64,000 nucleotides of DNA from Parcubacteria group bacterium (GCA_943356745.1 CALRFT010000001.1:11946-75945), one strand, 5' to 3'; positions 28,328-37,670 are shown, counted from the stretch's first letter. Notes: generated by a model not told the origin, from the letters alone. Program-made: numbers and translations.

Positions 28328-28386
28328 CTCTCTCGAGGTGTTTTTCTCTTCCCTTTTATTTCCCCTTATGATACTCTCTCAAATAC

Positions 28387-28749
28387 ATGAAAACAACAGT
28401 CACAAAACAATTTAAATTTGAAGCAGCGCACACACTGCCAAACCATAATGGAAAATGTAAAAATCTCCACGGGCATTCATACCTTTTGGAAGTGACAGTT
28501 TCAGGAGAAAAACAAACTAGCGGTCCACAAGAAGGAATGATTATCGATTTTGGAGATATGACAAAAATAGTAGAAGAACACATTGTAAAAAAGTGGGATC
28601 ATCAATTTTTGAATGACATACTTCCCTTTGTGACCACAGCAGAAAATCTTGCAGAAGAATGTTTTCGAATTTTGGAATCGCAAGGTCTTCAGGTGGAAAG
28701 AATCAAACTTTGGGAAACCTCAAAAGCATATGCAGAAGTGAAAAGATAA
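28387..28749 (+). CDS. queD: 6-carboxytetrahydropterin synthase
   Basis: FEAAH, CKNLHGHSY, DHQFLN, TAENLA, LWET. Confidence 0.93.
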   Translation: MKTTVTKQFKFEAAHTLPNHNGKCKNLHGHSYLLEVTVSGEKQTSGPQEGMIIDFGDMTKIVEEHIVKKWDHQFLNDILPFVTTAENLAEECFRILESQGLQVERIKLWETSKAYAEVKR

Positions 28750-28921
28750 TAAAAAACCTCTTATGAGGTTTTTTATTATGGCTCTAAAAATCTAACATCT
28801 ATATAATTTCATACAAAAGAAATTGTTCACCCTAATGTTCTTTGGGGTTGAATTTATTAGGATATTATGGTCTTATAGTGTATACTCAGTATGAGATCAC
28901 ATTGTTATTAATGTTATCAAT

Positions 28922-29311
28922 ATGTTAAATTCTCCTAAAAAGATTATGACTAAATCAAATCAAGTGATGAAAAATCTATTAATCACTGTTGGAATAATCG
29001 CTCTCGTTGCACTTATTCTGTTTGGAATATTTCAAACAATCAATAATTCAAAAGATGGTGAAGATCTAAGTGTAGAATCAACCACGGAAGTAGAAGCTGA
29101 AAAAGACGCAAATCCTCTTTTGAGCGAAGCACAAGAAAAGTCTCTTGGAAATATTGGGGTTGACCCTGGAAGTCTGCCTACAGAAATAACACCAGCAATG
29201 CAAATTTGTTTTGTTGAAAAATTAGGACTGGAAAGAGCTGAGGAAATAGCAGATGGAGATTCTCCAACGCCTGGAGATTACATCAAAGCTAAAAGTTGTT
29301 TAGATATCTAG
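28922..29311 (+). CDS. Membrane-anchored hypothetical protein
   Basis: N-terminal TM, two Cys; true start may be downstream (28946 or 28967). Confidence 0.75.
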   Translation: MLNSPKKIMTKSNQVMKNLLITVGIIALVALILFGIFQTINNSKDGEDLSVESTTEVEAEKDANPLLSEAQEKSLGNIGVDPGSLPTEITPAMQICFVEKLGLERAEEIADGDSPTPGDYIKAKSCLDI

Positions 29312-29357
29312 CAAAAATAAAAAACCTCGTAAGAGGTTTTTTTGCTATAATCAACTT

Positions 29358-29594
29358 ATGAAAAAAGAATCACTCCACACAACTTCATCTGATATGAATG
29401 TGGTTTTCAAAGAAAATCTAAAGATACATGAAATCTGGAAAACTCTCACTCCCCTTGCTCAAAATGAATTTGTTTGTTGGATCACCTCTGCAAAGAAGAA
29501 AGAAACTCGAGAAAAAAGAATCTTGAGAATGATTGAGGATTTACGTAAAGGAAAAAGAAGACCATGTTGCTGGGCTGGGTGTCCTCATAGATAA
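29358..29594 (+). CDS. YdeI/OmpD-associated (bacteriocin-protection) family protein
   Basis: WITSAKKKETREKRI and RRPCCWAGC motifs. Confidence 0.85.
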   Translation: MKKESLHTTSSDMNVVFKENLKIHEIWKTLTPLAQNEFVCWITSAKKKETREKRILRMIEDLRKGKRRPCCWAGCPHR

Positions 29595-29660
29595 TCTCTC
29601 TTGCATTAAAGATAAAAAGGACTATACTTACTGCCGATTATCTATTTAATAAATATACAT

Positions 29661-30296
29661 ATGTCAGACGAACTACTACAAATTGTCGATCCAGAGACAG
29701 GAGAACCAACAGGAGAACATCTTCCTCGAAAAAAGGTTCTTGAAGAAAAACTCTGGTGCCGAACAACAAATATTTTTATCCTCAACACAAAAGGTGAAGT
29801 TCTTTGTCACCAAAGATCACTTTCTAAAGAACGATTCCCTGGAACCTGGAGTACTCACTTTGGAGGTCACGTAACAGAAGGAGAATCTTTCAAAATTAGC
29901 GCCCTTAAAGAAACAGAAGAAGAGCTTGGACTCAAAGTGAATGCATTTCAAATGATTCCATGGAGAACAAGTAAAAAAAGTGTAAGTCGAATTTGGGTTC
30001 GAGATTTTATCACAGTATTTGATGGAGATATTTCAAAACTTCCCATTCAAACATCAGAAATTGAACAGATTAAATGGTTTACTCCTGAAGAAATACTAGC
30101 AGAGCTCGACGCGGAAGGAGATGAAGATACAGTCAACTGGCTTGCTGGGACACATGACTTCTATGCAGACTATCAATGTATGCGAGCAGTACTTACCGCA
30201 ACAATCGACGCTGGAATTTTTGGTGGAGATTATACACCACTTAGAAACTGGCAACCTGTTTTAGGAAAAGATAACAAAAGCTCAACGCCTCATTAA
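29661..30296 (+). CDS. NUDIX hydrolase (IPP isomerase/YfcD-like)
   Basis: QRSLSKERFPGTW, GGHV..GE....A.KETEEELG Nudix box. Confidence 0.88.
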   Translation: MSDELLQIVDPETGEPTGEHLPRKKVLEEKLWCRTTNIFILNTKGEVLCHQRSLSKERFPGTWSTHFGGHVTEGESFKISALKETEEELGLKVNAFQMIPWRTSKKSVSRIWVRDFITVFDGDISKLPIQTSEIEQIKWFTPEEILAELDAEGDEDTVNWLAGTHDFYADYQCMRAVLTATIDAGIFGGDYTPLRNWQPVLGKDNKSSTPH

Positions 30297-30300
30297 AATA

Positions 30301-30330
30301 AAAACCCCTCGTACGTTTACGAGGGGTTTT
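30301..30330. repeat. 30-bp direct repeat copy 1 (terminator hairpin)
   Basis: AAAACCCCTCGTACGTTTACGAGGGGTTTT identical to 31707-31736. Confidence 0.95.
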
Positions 30331-30374
30331 GCAAATCATTTGCATAAATATAAAAATAATATATACTTCAATTT

Positions 30375-31199
30375 ATGATTATTGGATTTCTAGGAAAAGG
30401 AGGAAGTGGGAAATCTTCCACAGCTACACAATTCGCGCTTTGGCTTGAGAAAGAAGGATATTCTCTGCTTGCGATAGACGCAGATCACAATATGGATTTT
30501 CTGTACAATCTCACTCAAGGAAAAGAAGTTCTCTCTCATTTTCTTGGAAGCTCTGGCTTTGATATAGAAGATTTTCTTGATGCAGATCATTCAAAAAAAT
30601 ATAAAGAAATATTTTTGGAGACAAAAAGTAAACATAAATTTTCACTCCTTCCCCTTGATTCATTTTCTGAAAAATATATAAGCTCGATTCGAAAAAATAT
30701 TCGAGTTATGGCAGCGGGTCCACAAACAGACGAGGTGATTGGTGGGAAAGTGTGTAGTCACAATCTCACGTCAGTACTCAAGCTCTATCTTCCCCTGCTT
30801 CAAGTTCCAGACAAACATATTGTGGTAGTGGATGAAAAAGCTGGCGCGGATGGAGTCACAACTGGAATTGTAACAGGGCTTGATTATGCTATTGTGGTGT
30901 GTGAACCTTCTTTACATAGCACAAAAACAGCCAGACAAATACTTTCACTTCTTGAAAAATACAACACGCCAAAAGTGGTGGTGGGTAACAAAATCACAAG
31001 CCCAGAAGACATGGATTTTATTTCCCAAGAAATCCCAGACGAAGCTATTATTTTCATACCAGCAAGCAGCGGAGTCCGAACAAAACCAAGTGAATATGAC
31101 CCACAGTATGAAGAAGCTTTGCAAAATCTTTTTCAATATCTTTTGGAAAACTATGAAGACAAAAGATATGAGCGAACATTGGAAAAATTTTCTTCATAG
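30375..31199 (+). CDS. CooC/AcsF-like MinD-family ATPase
   Basis: GKGGSGKS deviant Walker A, IDAD, DEKAG, VVCEP, VGNK. Confidence 0.8.
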   Translation: MIIGFLGKGGSGKSSTATQFALWLEKEGYSLLAIDADHNMDFLYNLTQGKEVLSHFLGSSGFDIEDFLDADHSKKYKEIFLETKSKHKFSLLPLDSFSEKYISSIRKNIRVMAAGPQTDEVIGGKVCSHNLTSVLKLYLPLLQVPDKHIVVVDEKAGADGVTTGIVTGLDYAIVVCEPSLHSTKTARQILSLLEKYNTPKVVVGNKITSPEDMDFISQEIPDEAIIFIPASSGVRTKPSEYDPQYEEALQNLFQYLLENYEDKRYERTLEKFSS

Positions 31200-31280
31200 T
31201 ATGTTTTTATATCACACAAACCATGCCTTTGTGTGATACATAAAACATATAGTTCTTTTTAACCTTTTAAATTTATAATT

Positions 31281-31703
31281 ATGGATTGCGAAAAAGCCCG
31301 TCAGGTTTATGTTGGTGGACCAGATCAGTACATCGACCAAGTTAAAGAAATGTTTCCGAAAGCATATGAATGGCTTTCAGAGCTAGCCAAGAAAACAGTA
31401 CAAGGTACCGGAAAACATCCCTTTCACAAAAAAGTGGTTGAGATGGCAGGAGATGGACCATACTATCTCGAGCATGGAGATGATAATGATCCTGTCTTCA
31501 AAGAAGTTCATGAACTTCTAAGTGACCTGACAGGTATGCATCTTATCAACAAACACTTCTCCGGTATACACGGAACAAAACTCAGCTTTTCAAATATCTG
31601 CTGCAGTAGTTGCAAATGTGTAAAAGGAGAAATGTCCATCGAGAAGATCATGCGTATTCAATACGCAGCTGTACAAGTAGAAGCTGATGGCACACTCGTT
31701 TAA
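31281..31703 (+). CDS. Hypothetical protein with Cys cluster
   Basis: 140-aa ORF containing CCSSCKC and several His. Confidence 0.75.
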   Translation: MDCEKARQVYVGGPDQYIDQVKEMFPKAYEWLSELAKKTVQGTGKHPFHKKVVEMAGDGPYYLEHGDDNDPVFKEVHELLSDLTGMHLINKHFSGIHGTKLSFSNICCSSCKCVKGEMSIEKIMRIQYAAVQVEADGTLV

Positions 31704-31706
31704 AAC

Positions 31707-31736
31707 AAAACCCCTCGTACGTTTACGAGGGGTTTT
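31707..31736. repeat. 30-bp direct repeat copy 2 (bidirectional terminator)
   Basis: Identical to 30301-30330. Confidence 0.95.
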
Positions 31737-31741
31737 TAACA

Positions 31742-32794
31742 CTAAACCTCCACAGTGTGAGATTCATTGCCGAGTTTATGGAGATATTTAAAATGCTCTA
31801 CAATTGCTTTTCCAAAACCACCAATATTGTTGTAAGGTATGTTTTTTTCTTTGCAATACCTTTGAACAATTTTTGAGATTTTTGGATAATGAACATGGGA
31901 AATGTATGGAAAAATATGGTGTTCAATTTGATAATTGAGACCACCAGTTAACCATGTAACAAATCGATTCCCAACCGCAAAATTGCATGTCGTACGGATT
32001 TGATGCTCTTCTCGATTAAACTCAATAGTTTTTGGAAAATGAGTAAGGCTCGAAACGTGAGCAGGTTGAAACACCAAAGAGAGAAACAAACCAGCAGTCA
32101 GATGCATACACAAGAAAAAGACAAGAACATACCAAAAAGAAACTTTCCAAAATAATCCAGGGATAACAATCCAAAATACAAAGTAGCCAATCTTTGAAAG
32201 TGAGATAGCAAGAAGGTGATTTTTGATTTTTTTAAAATTTCTCCTGTTTTTTTTGTAGTATCGGTAAGCTTGACCAAAGTCTTTCCACGTACACCAAAAG
32301 AGGGTCATGATTGAATAGAAGAAAGGAGCATACCACGCTTGATATTTGTGCCCCTTCCTTAGTGGTTGATGAGGACTAAAACGAAAGAGCCCTCTTGTGT
32401 CGAGATCACTGTCGTGTTCGGTTGAATTTGTAAAAGAATGATGATCCAGATTATGTTGTTCGTTCCAGTTAGGTCCGTAGCCACCCACAAAATAAATTGA
32501 TGACCCAAACAATAAGTTCACCCACTCTTTTTGAGAGAAAGATCTATGATTTGCATCATGCATCACTCCCATACCAATTCCAGACTTGGCGATACCAGCA
32601 AGAATTCCCATACAGACAAGAATCCAAAGAGGTACAGAAAACAAAAAAAGAGCAGTGTATAAAGAAAAATATACTCCTATCAAAATAAAGGCTTTGATAT
32701 AGAGATTTATATTTCCATTGAATTTTTCTGCCAGAAACACTTTTACTTCCTCGTGAAGCTCTGTGTCATTTTCATGATTTTTATTTTTTTCCAT
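31742..32794 (-). CDS. Membrane fatty-acid (acyl-CoA/acyl-lipid) desaturase
   Basis: Three His boxes HDANH, HNLDHH, QIEHH; TM segments. Confidence 0.93.
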   Translation of the reverse strand: MEKNKNHENDTELHEEVKVFLAEKFNGNINLYIKAFILIGVYFSLYTALFLFSVPLWILVCMGILAGIAKSGIGMGVMHDANHRSFSQKEWVNLLFGSSIYFVGGYGPNWNEQHNLDHHSFTNSTEHDSDLDTRGLFRFSPHQPLRKGHKYQAWYAPFFYSIMTLFWCTWKDFGQAYRYYKKNRRNFKKIKNHLLAISLSKIGYFVFWIVIPGLFWKVSFWYVLVFFLCMHLTAGLFLSLVFQPAHVSSLTHFPKTIEFNREEHQIRTTCNFAVGNRFVTWLTGGLNYQIEHHIFPYISHVHYPKISKIVQRYCKEKNIPYNNIGGFGKAIVEHFKYLHKLGNESHTVEV

Positions 32795-32875
32795 TGTAAA
32801 AAACTTTTTTTCTAATCATAGCAAAATATGAAATTAAAAAACACTATTCAGTAGTACTGAATAGTGTTTTAAATA

Positions 32876-33190
32876 TCACACTGTTTCAAGCTCTCCTACA
32901 ATGGTTTTAACAATAACTTTTTCCTCTTTTTCATCAAAAGGTTTCATGAAATCGATTTCAAATTTTTCTCTTTGCTCAGATCCAAACTTTCTCATTGCGA
33001 TCTCGTTTTTAAACATGAGAATAAAGTTAATTGATTTTTTTTCAATATCTTGGATATGACGAGCAATATCCTCGACTAGTCCATTTTTAACCATTTCGGA
33101 TTTAAGGGTTAAAAAAGTTTTTAAGCCCTTACCCAAAAGCTCTTCGCTTTCAGTTTCAAAAAAAACATACAATCTTAAATTTTCTTCCAT
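32876..33190 (-). CDS. Hypothetical protein
   Basis: 104-aa ORF between hairpins 32841-32869 and 33228-33257. Confidence 0.7.
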   Translation of the reverse strand: MEENLRLYVFFETESEELLGKGLKTFLTLKSEMVKNGLVEDIARHIQDIEKKSINFILMFKNEIAMRKFGSEQREKFEIDFMKPFDEKEEKVIVKTIVGELETV

Positions 33191-33258
33191 GGTACTTTAT
33201 TTTTTAAGGTTTTATGAGATGGTACCACAAAGCCCCTCGCAAAGCGAGGGGCTTTTTG

Positions 33259-33981
33259 TTATTTAAAATATTGAGCTTTAAACAAATTTTTATTGTCACC
33301 AACCGCAGAGATTTTTAGTTCTTGTTGACCCACTGCATACGATGCAATTTGATATGGAACAAAAATAAACGTCACAGAATCATTATCAGAATACCAAATA
33401 CTCCAATTTTCTTTAGTCCCACTTGATCCTTCTGGATATTCAACAGTCAGTTCCTTATCTGCAAGAGCGGCGAAAATATTAAGTGAATCTTTACTAGAAA
33501 TAATATCTGTCACCTCAATTCTCTTTCCTGTTTTTTTATCATAGTTAAATGATTCAAGAAAAGTATTTCCATGAGCCCCGCCGGTATATTCATATCCTTG
33601 AACAAGATATGAAATAATAGTATCTGATTCATATGTTTGATATTTCATATCAAGATTCCAAGGAAAAGATGCTGTTTCCAAATCACCCGCTTCTTTTCTC
33701 ATTGAAACAAAACGATCAATCTGTTCATCTCCGTACTTTGCAATTTCTTGAACATCCTCCGGAAGATCAGCATTCACAATCAAACTAGAATCTTTAAATG
33801 AATAGGTTCCGTCTTCTTCAAGAAAAACCAACTCTTCAGAAACGTCTTGTTTTGTTTCTGTTTGTTCTTCATTTTGAATTTCTTCTTTTTTTGTGTCACT
33901 TTTCAGAAAAACCAAATACAAAGCAAAACCTATCAAAAGAACAAGTCCCGTTATTTTTAAAATTCTTAAAAATTTTGTCAT
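33259..33981 (-). CDS. RsiV/PdaC-like (DUF3298/DUF4163) membrane-anchored protein
   Basis: YEYTGGAHG and F.PYQIA.YA.G motifs; N-terminal TM. Confidence 0.85.
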   Translation of the reverse strand: MTKFLRILKITGLVLLIGFALYLVFLKSDTKKEEIQNEEQTETKQDVSEELVFLEEDGTYSFKDSSLIVNADLPEDVQEIAKYGDEQIDRFVSMRKEAGDLETASFPWNLDMKYQTYESDTIISYLVQGYEYTGGAHGNTFLESFNYDKKTGKRIEVTDIISSKDSLNIFAALADKELTVEYPEGSSGTKENWSIWYSDNDSVTFIFVPYQIASYAVGQQELKISAVGDNKNLFKAQYFK

Positions 33982-33986
33982 AGATA

Positions 33987-35717
33987 TTACCTATCTGGAG
34001 GTAGGTTGTAATAACGAATAATAAAATCTGTTATATCGAAAAATGGACTTGAAAGGGTTTGAGAGGCGTACTTCACACCCTTAGGGTGATTGATTGAAAG
34101 CACTACAATAAACTGCGGATCATAGGCTGGAAAATAACCAAAAAATGAGTGTCTGTTTCGGTCTTGATAATACCCACCAGTCGGATTTGGGATTTGAGCT
34201 GTTCCAGTTTTTGCAGCAACTGTATATCCAGCTTGTGCATAGGAACCTTCCCCAAGAGTCTCGTCAACAATTGAAACAAGTATTTTTGTAATTTCATGAG
34301 AAGTATCGGCGCTAAATACCTGTTTTTTTTCTTCTTTTGGATAGATAAATTCCTTATCTTCCATATCCTTATAATCAATTTTTTTAACAATGTGAGGTTG
34401 AATTAAATATCCACCATTTCCAAGTGTTGAGAGAGCTCTCGCAAGAGCAATTGGACTTGTCGAAATTCCTTGACCAAAACTCGATGTTGCATATTCTACC
34501 CGTCCACCTGTTTCGAGATTTTTTACTAATCCTTTTACCTCACTTGGAAGGTCAATTCCTGTACGTTCACCAATTCCATAAGAAAGCATATATTCTTTAA
34601 ACTTTTCTCTTCCCATTTGTTGCATGATAAATACCATACCAGTATTGAGTGAGTCAGCTAAAATTTTATTAACCGTCACCTGCCCTCTTCCTTTTTCATC
34701 GAAGTTCTTAATTGTAGCGTCTTCCACCTGTATAAACCCAGCATCATAATATTCTGTTTCAGAAGTAATTGCCCCCATATCAAGAGCCCCTGCAACAACA
34801 AGAGGTTTTACTACTGAACCAAACTCATAGACATTTTCAACCAGAGGATTTCTAAATAATGAGATATCTTCAACTTTTCCAAACTCGTTATTGTTGTACG
34901 AAGGAAGCGCAGTCATTGCATAAATTTCTCCTGTTTGAGGATTCATAATAATTCCAAAACCAGAATCCGCATTCCATGTCTCAAGAGTATCTGAGAGAGT
35001 TTGTTCAAGATATTGTTGAACCCTTGTTTCAATAGTAGTCACTACATCACCTTCTGGGTTGTCCTTACTAAAAAATGAACTACCTAAATGTGAAAACACT
35101 TGAGCAAAATTATTTACCTTTTGCTGTTCTTTCCGACGAGAAAGAATGTCATTGTAATATCGCTCAAGTCCATATTGCCCTTCTAAAGAATCCTCTTTAT
35201 AAGCAACAAAACCAAGCACATTGGAAAGTATTCCTTCGCCTGGATAATATCGCCATGTATCTTCATAAAGATAAACTCCCGGAATTCCCAGTTTTTTGAT
35301 AGCATCAGCGCGTTCTCGTTCTATTCTTTTCTCAATTTCTTCATAGGGGTCATTTTGCTTAGTTGCCCGCTTCAAAAAATCCTCTTTCTTTGTTGTTACA
35401 AGAAAAGGTTCAAGAGAAGCATATACTTCATCTGCGTTTTCTATTTTTCCTGGATCAACCGCCAATAAATAACCTCTAATAACTGTTGCACCAGCCATGA
35501 GAGTTCCATCTTTTGAAGTAAGAAAAATTGTTCCCCGATCAAAAATACCACTTGATTGAACATATGACCTGTCGGCTTCTTTGGTAAACTCATCATTTCG
35601 AAGGATTTGAAGTGAAAATGTCTTACCAAGCAAAAGAAGTGCTAGGACAATAATAAATATCCCGACCCAGACAAGTCGTTTTGTTTGCTGATCAGAAGAT
35701 CGAGTCATAGGATACAA
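33987..35717 (-). CDS. ftsI: Division transpeptidase PBP3
   Basis: SVVK, SLN, KTG motifs; follows mraZ-rsmH-ftsL. Confidence 0.88.
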   Translation of the reverse strand: MYPMTRSSDQQTKRLVWVGIFIIVLALLLLGKTFSLQILRNDEFTKEADRSYVQSSGIFDRGTIFLTSKDGTLMAGATVIRGYLLAVDPGKIENADEVYASLEPFLVTTKKEDFLKRATKQNDPYEEIEKRIERERADAIKKLGIPGVYLYEDTWRYYPGEGILSNVLGFVAYKEDSLEGQYGLERYYNDILSRRKEQQKVNNFAQVFSHLGSSFFSKDNPEGDVVTTIETRVQQYLEQTLSDTLETWNADSGFGIIMNPQTGEIYAMTALPSYNNNEFGKVEDISLFRNPLVENVYEFGSVVKPLVVAGALDMGAITSETEYYDAGFIQVEDATIKNFDEKGRGQVTVNKILADSLNTGMVFIMQQMGREKFKEYMLSYGIGERTGIDLPSEVKGLVKNLETGGRVEYATSSFGQGISTSPIALARALSTLGNGGYLIQPHIVKKIDYKDMEDKEFIYPKEEKKQVFSADTSHEITKILVSIVDETLGEGSYAQAGYTVAAKTGTAQIPNPTGGYYQDRNRHSFFGYFPAYDPQFIVVLSINHPKGVKYASQTLSSPFFDITDFIIRYYNLPPDR

Positions 35718-35722
35718 AAAGA

Positions 35723-36046
35723 TTATTGATTAAAGGCAAATGTTGACTCTGTGTTAACATATACTTCTTCAGTATAACTCACAAAACCAAGCTCAGGAAG
35801 TGATTCTTTGTGAATCGAGTTGTAGTAAGAAAAAAGATCACTCTCAAGAGTTGCGATCTCTGTTCGAGCCATTGAAATTTCTTGTTCAACATTTTTTTTG
35901 TTTACCACGTTGTAGATAGTTTTTCCTGTCAGAACGATATATGTCCCAAAAAGAAGTAGCACAATACAAGACATTGTCTGTACCAACTTTTTCATTGAAT
36001 AATTTCTATTTTTGATTGTAATGTATGCTGCTTCGTTTTTAAACAT
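35723..36046 (-). CDS. FtsL-like cell division protein
   Basis: TM plus short coiled coil ending in ELGF; canonical position between rsmH and ftsI. Confidence 0.7.
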   Translation of the reverse strand: MFKNEAAYITIKNRNYSMKKLVQTMSCIVLLLFGTYIVLTGKTIYNVVNKKNVEQEISMARTEIATLESDLFSYYNSIHKESLPELGFVSYTEEVYVNTESTFAFNQ

Positions 36047-36076
36047 ATGCGTGTGATGCGTAGTAAACTAATAAAC

Positions 36077-36976
36077 TTACCTCATTTCAAACACTCGTAA
36101 TTTCGCGCTTCGTGATCGCGGATTTTGTTTGATTTCATCTCCTGTTGGAATAATTGGTTTTTTGGTAATTCGTGTACCAATCCCATCTAGTTCCATTTGA
36201 TGAAATGCTCTTTTAATGATTCTGTCTTCAAGGCTATGAAAAGAAATGATTGCCACTCTTCCTTGTGAAGCCATGATTCGTGGAACAGATTCAAGAAAAG
36301 ACTTTAGGTTTTCCAATTCTCGGTTGACTGCGATTCTAATCGCTTGAAAGGTTTTTGTTGCCGGGTGAATTTTTCCTTTCTGGTAAAACAAAGGAACTGA
36401 TTTTTTAACAATATCTGCAAGTTCAAAGGTTGTTTGAATCGCTTTCGTTTTTCGTGCTTCGATGATAGCTTTTGCAATACGTCGACTAAACTGTTCCTCT
36501 CCAAAACCATAAATGATATCTGCAATACTTTCTTCTGACCAGTGATTTACAACATCGTATGCTGTAACATCTTCTGGAGAATCTGAAAGTGTCATAATCA
36601 GTGACTCATCTTTCATAAAAGAAAAGCCTCTTCCTTCTACCTCGAGCTGATTTGAACTAAAACCAAGATCGAGAACAACTTTATTAATTGACTGCATGTG
36701 TTTTTCGCCCACTGCTTTTTCAATATCTCCAAAGTTTGTTTTTATGAAAGAAACCTGAGAAGACCAACCTGCTTGTTTCAAACGTTCCTCTGAACGATTG
36801 AGAGCGTTTTGATCAAGATCAAGCCCAAGAACAAATATATTACCTTTCATTTTCTCAAGCATAAGGAGTGTATGACCTCCGGCACCAAGTGTGCCGTCGA
36901 CAACAATATCTCCTTTTTGCAAATTGAGAAAATCAACTGTTTCTTGTAAAAGTACTGTTATGTGTACATTCTTCAT
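36077..36976 (-). CDS. rsmH: 16S rRNA m4C1402 methyltransferase
   Basis: HITVLL, DGTLGAGGH, HPATKTFQAIRIAVN, NPRSRSAKLR. Confidence 0.97.
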   Translation of the reverse strand: MKNVHITVLLQETVDFLNLQKGDIVVDGTLGAGGHTLLMLEKMKGNIFVLGLDLDQNALNRSEERLKQAGWSSQVSFIKTNFGDIEKAVGEKHMQSINKVVLDLGFSSNQLEVEGRGFSFMKDESLIMTLSDSPEDVTAYDVVNHWSEESIADIIYGFGEEQFSRRIAKAIIEARKTKAIQTTFELADIVKKSVPLFYQKGKIHPATKTFQAIRIAVNRELENLKSFLESVPRIMASQGRVAIISFHSLEDRIIKRAFHQMELDGIGTRITKKPIIPTGDEIKQNPRSRSAKLRVFEMR

Positions 36977-36989
36977 ATGCGTTTTGAGA

Positions 36990-37424
36990 CTAGAGCATTC
37001 CAGCATGGCCGAGTTTTTCTGCCAGCTGATCTGCTTGTCCTTCTACAACCTTCTTATAACCATTCCATGTTTCTTCATCCCAAAGTTCAATACGATTTTG
37101 AACTCCGACCAGAGCTATTTTTGAGTTGAGACCAGCTCTTGTTTTAAGAAAATCTGGAACCAGAATTCTTCCACTTGAGTCGACATCAACCTCTTGAGCT
37201 CCTCCAAACATATATCGGTTAAAACTTCGATTATCCGCTTGAAGCATCGAGTTTTCAGCAAGGCGATCCGCCATTACCTGCCACTCTTTTTGAGTAAAAA
37301 CAAAAAGACAATTATCCAAACCAGGTGTTACAACCAGATTCTTCCCCATTTCTTTACGAAACTTTGCAGGAAGTGAAAGACGATTTTTTTCGTCCATTGT
37401 ATGTATGTATTCACCGATAAGCAT
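36990..37424 (-). CDS. mraZ: Transcriptional regulator MraZ
   Basis: DEKNRLSLPAKFR and DSSGRILVP repeats. Confidence 0.97.
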   Translation of the reverse strand: MLIGEYIHTMDEKNRLSLPAKFRKEMGKNLVVTPGLDNCLFVFTQKEWQVMADRLAENSMLQADNRSFNRYMFGGAQEVDVDSSGRILVPDFLKTRAGLNSKIALVGVQNRIELWDEETWNGYKKVVEGQADQLAEKLGHAGML

Positions 37425-37520
37425 ATTGAGTAAAAGTCTTTTTATGTCTACGAAACGTGCGGATTTCTAAGGATAATCCGCACATTCGTATACGTGCGTT
37501 TGTTTGCGTGTTGAGATTTT

Positions 37521-37566
37521 CCCACTTCATCCCACCACGCATTAATTATATTCCATTTCATCCCAC
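37521..37566 (-). promoter_or_regulatory. mraZ promoter with MraZ binding boxes
   Basis: GTGGG boxes at 37521, 37531, 37562 plus ATGGA at 37552 (10-nt period within pairs) flanking TATAAT at 37545-37550. Confidence 0.85.
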
Positions 37567-37670
37567 TCTCAAACTTTTTTATGGGGATAACCAACACAAA
37601 AAGCAGGGTTCGCTTCGCGAACCCTGCTTTTTGTGTTCCGTTATTGACTCATAATAAAAAATATTTTATT

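Noticed and set aside
28328-28386. preQ1 riboswitch upstream of queD
   Set aside because: Only 59 nt, with a -10-like TACTCT close to the ATG and no recognisable preQ1 stem or A-rich tail
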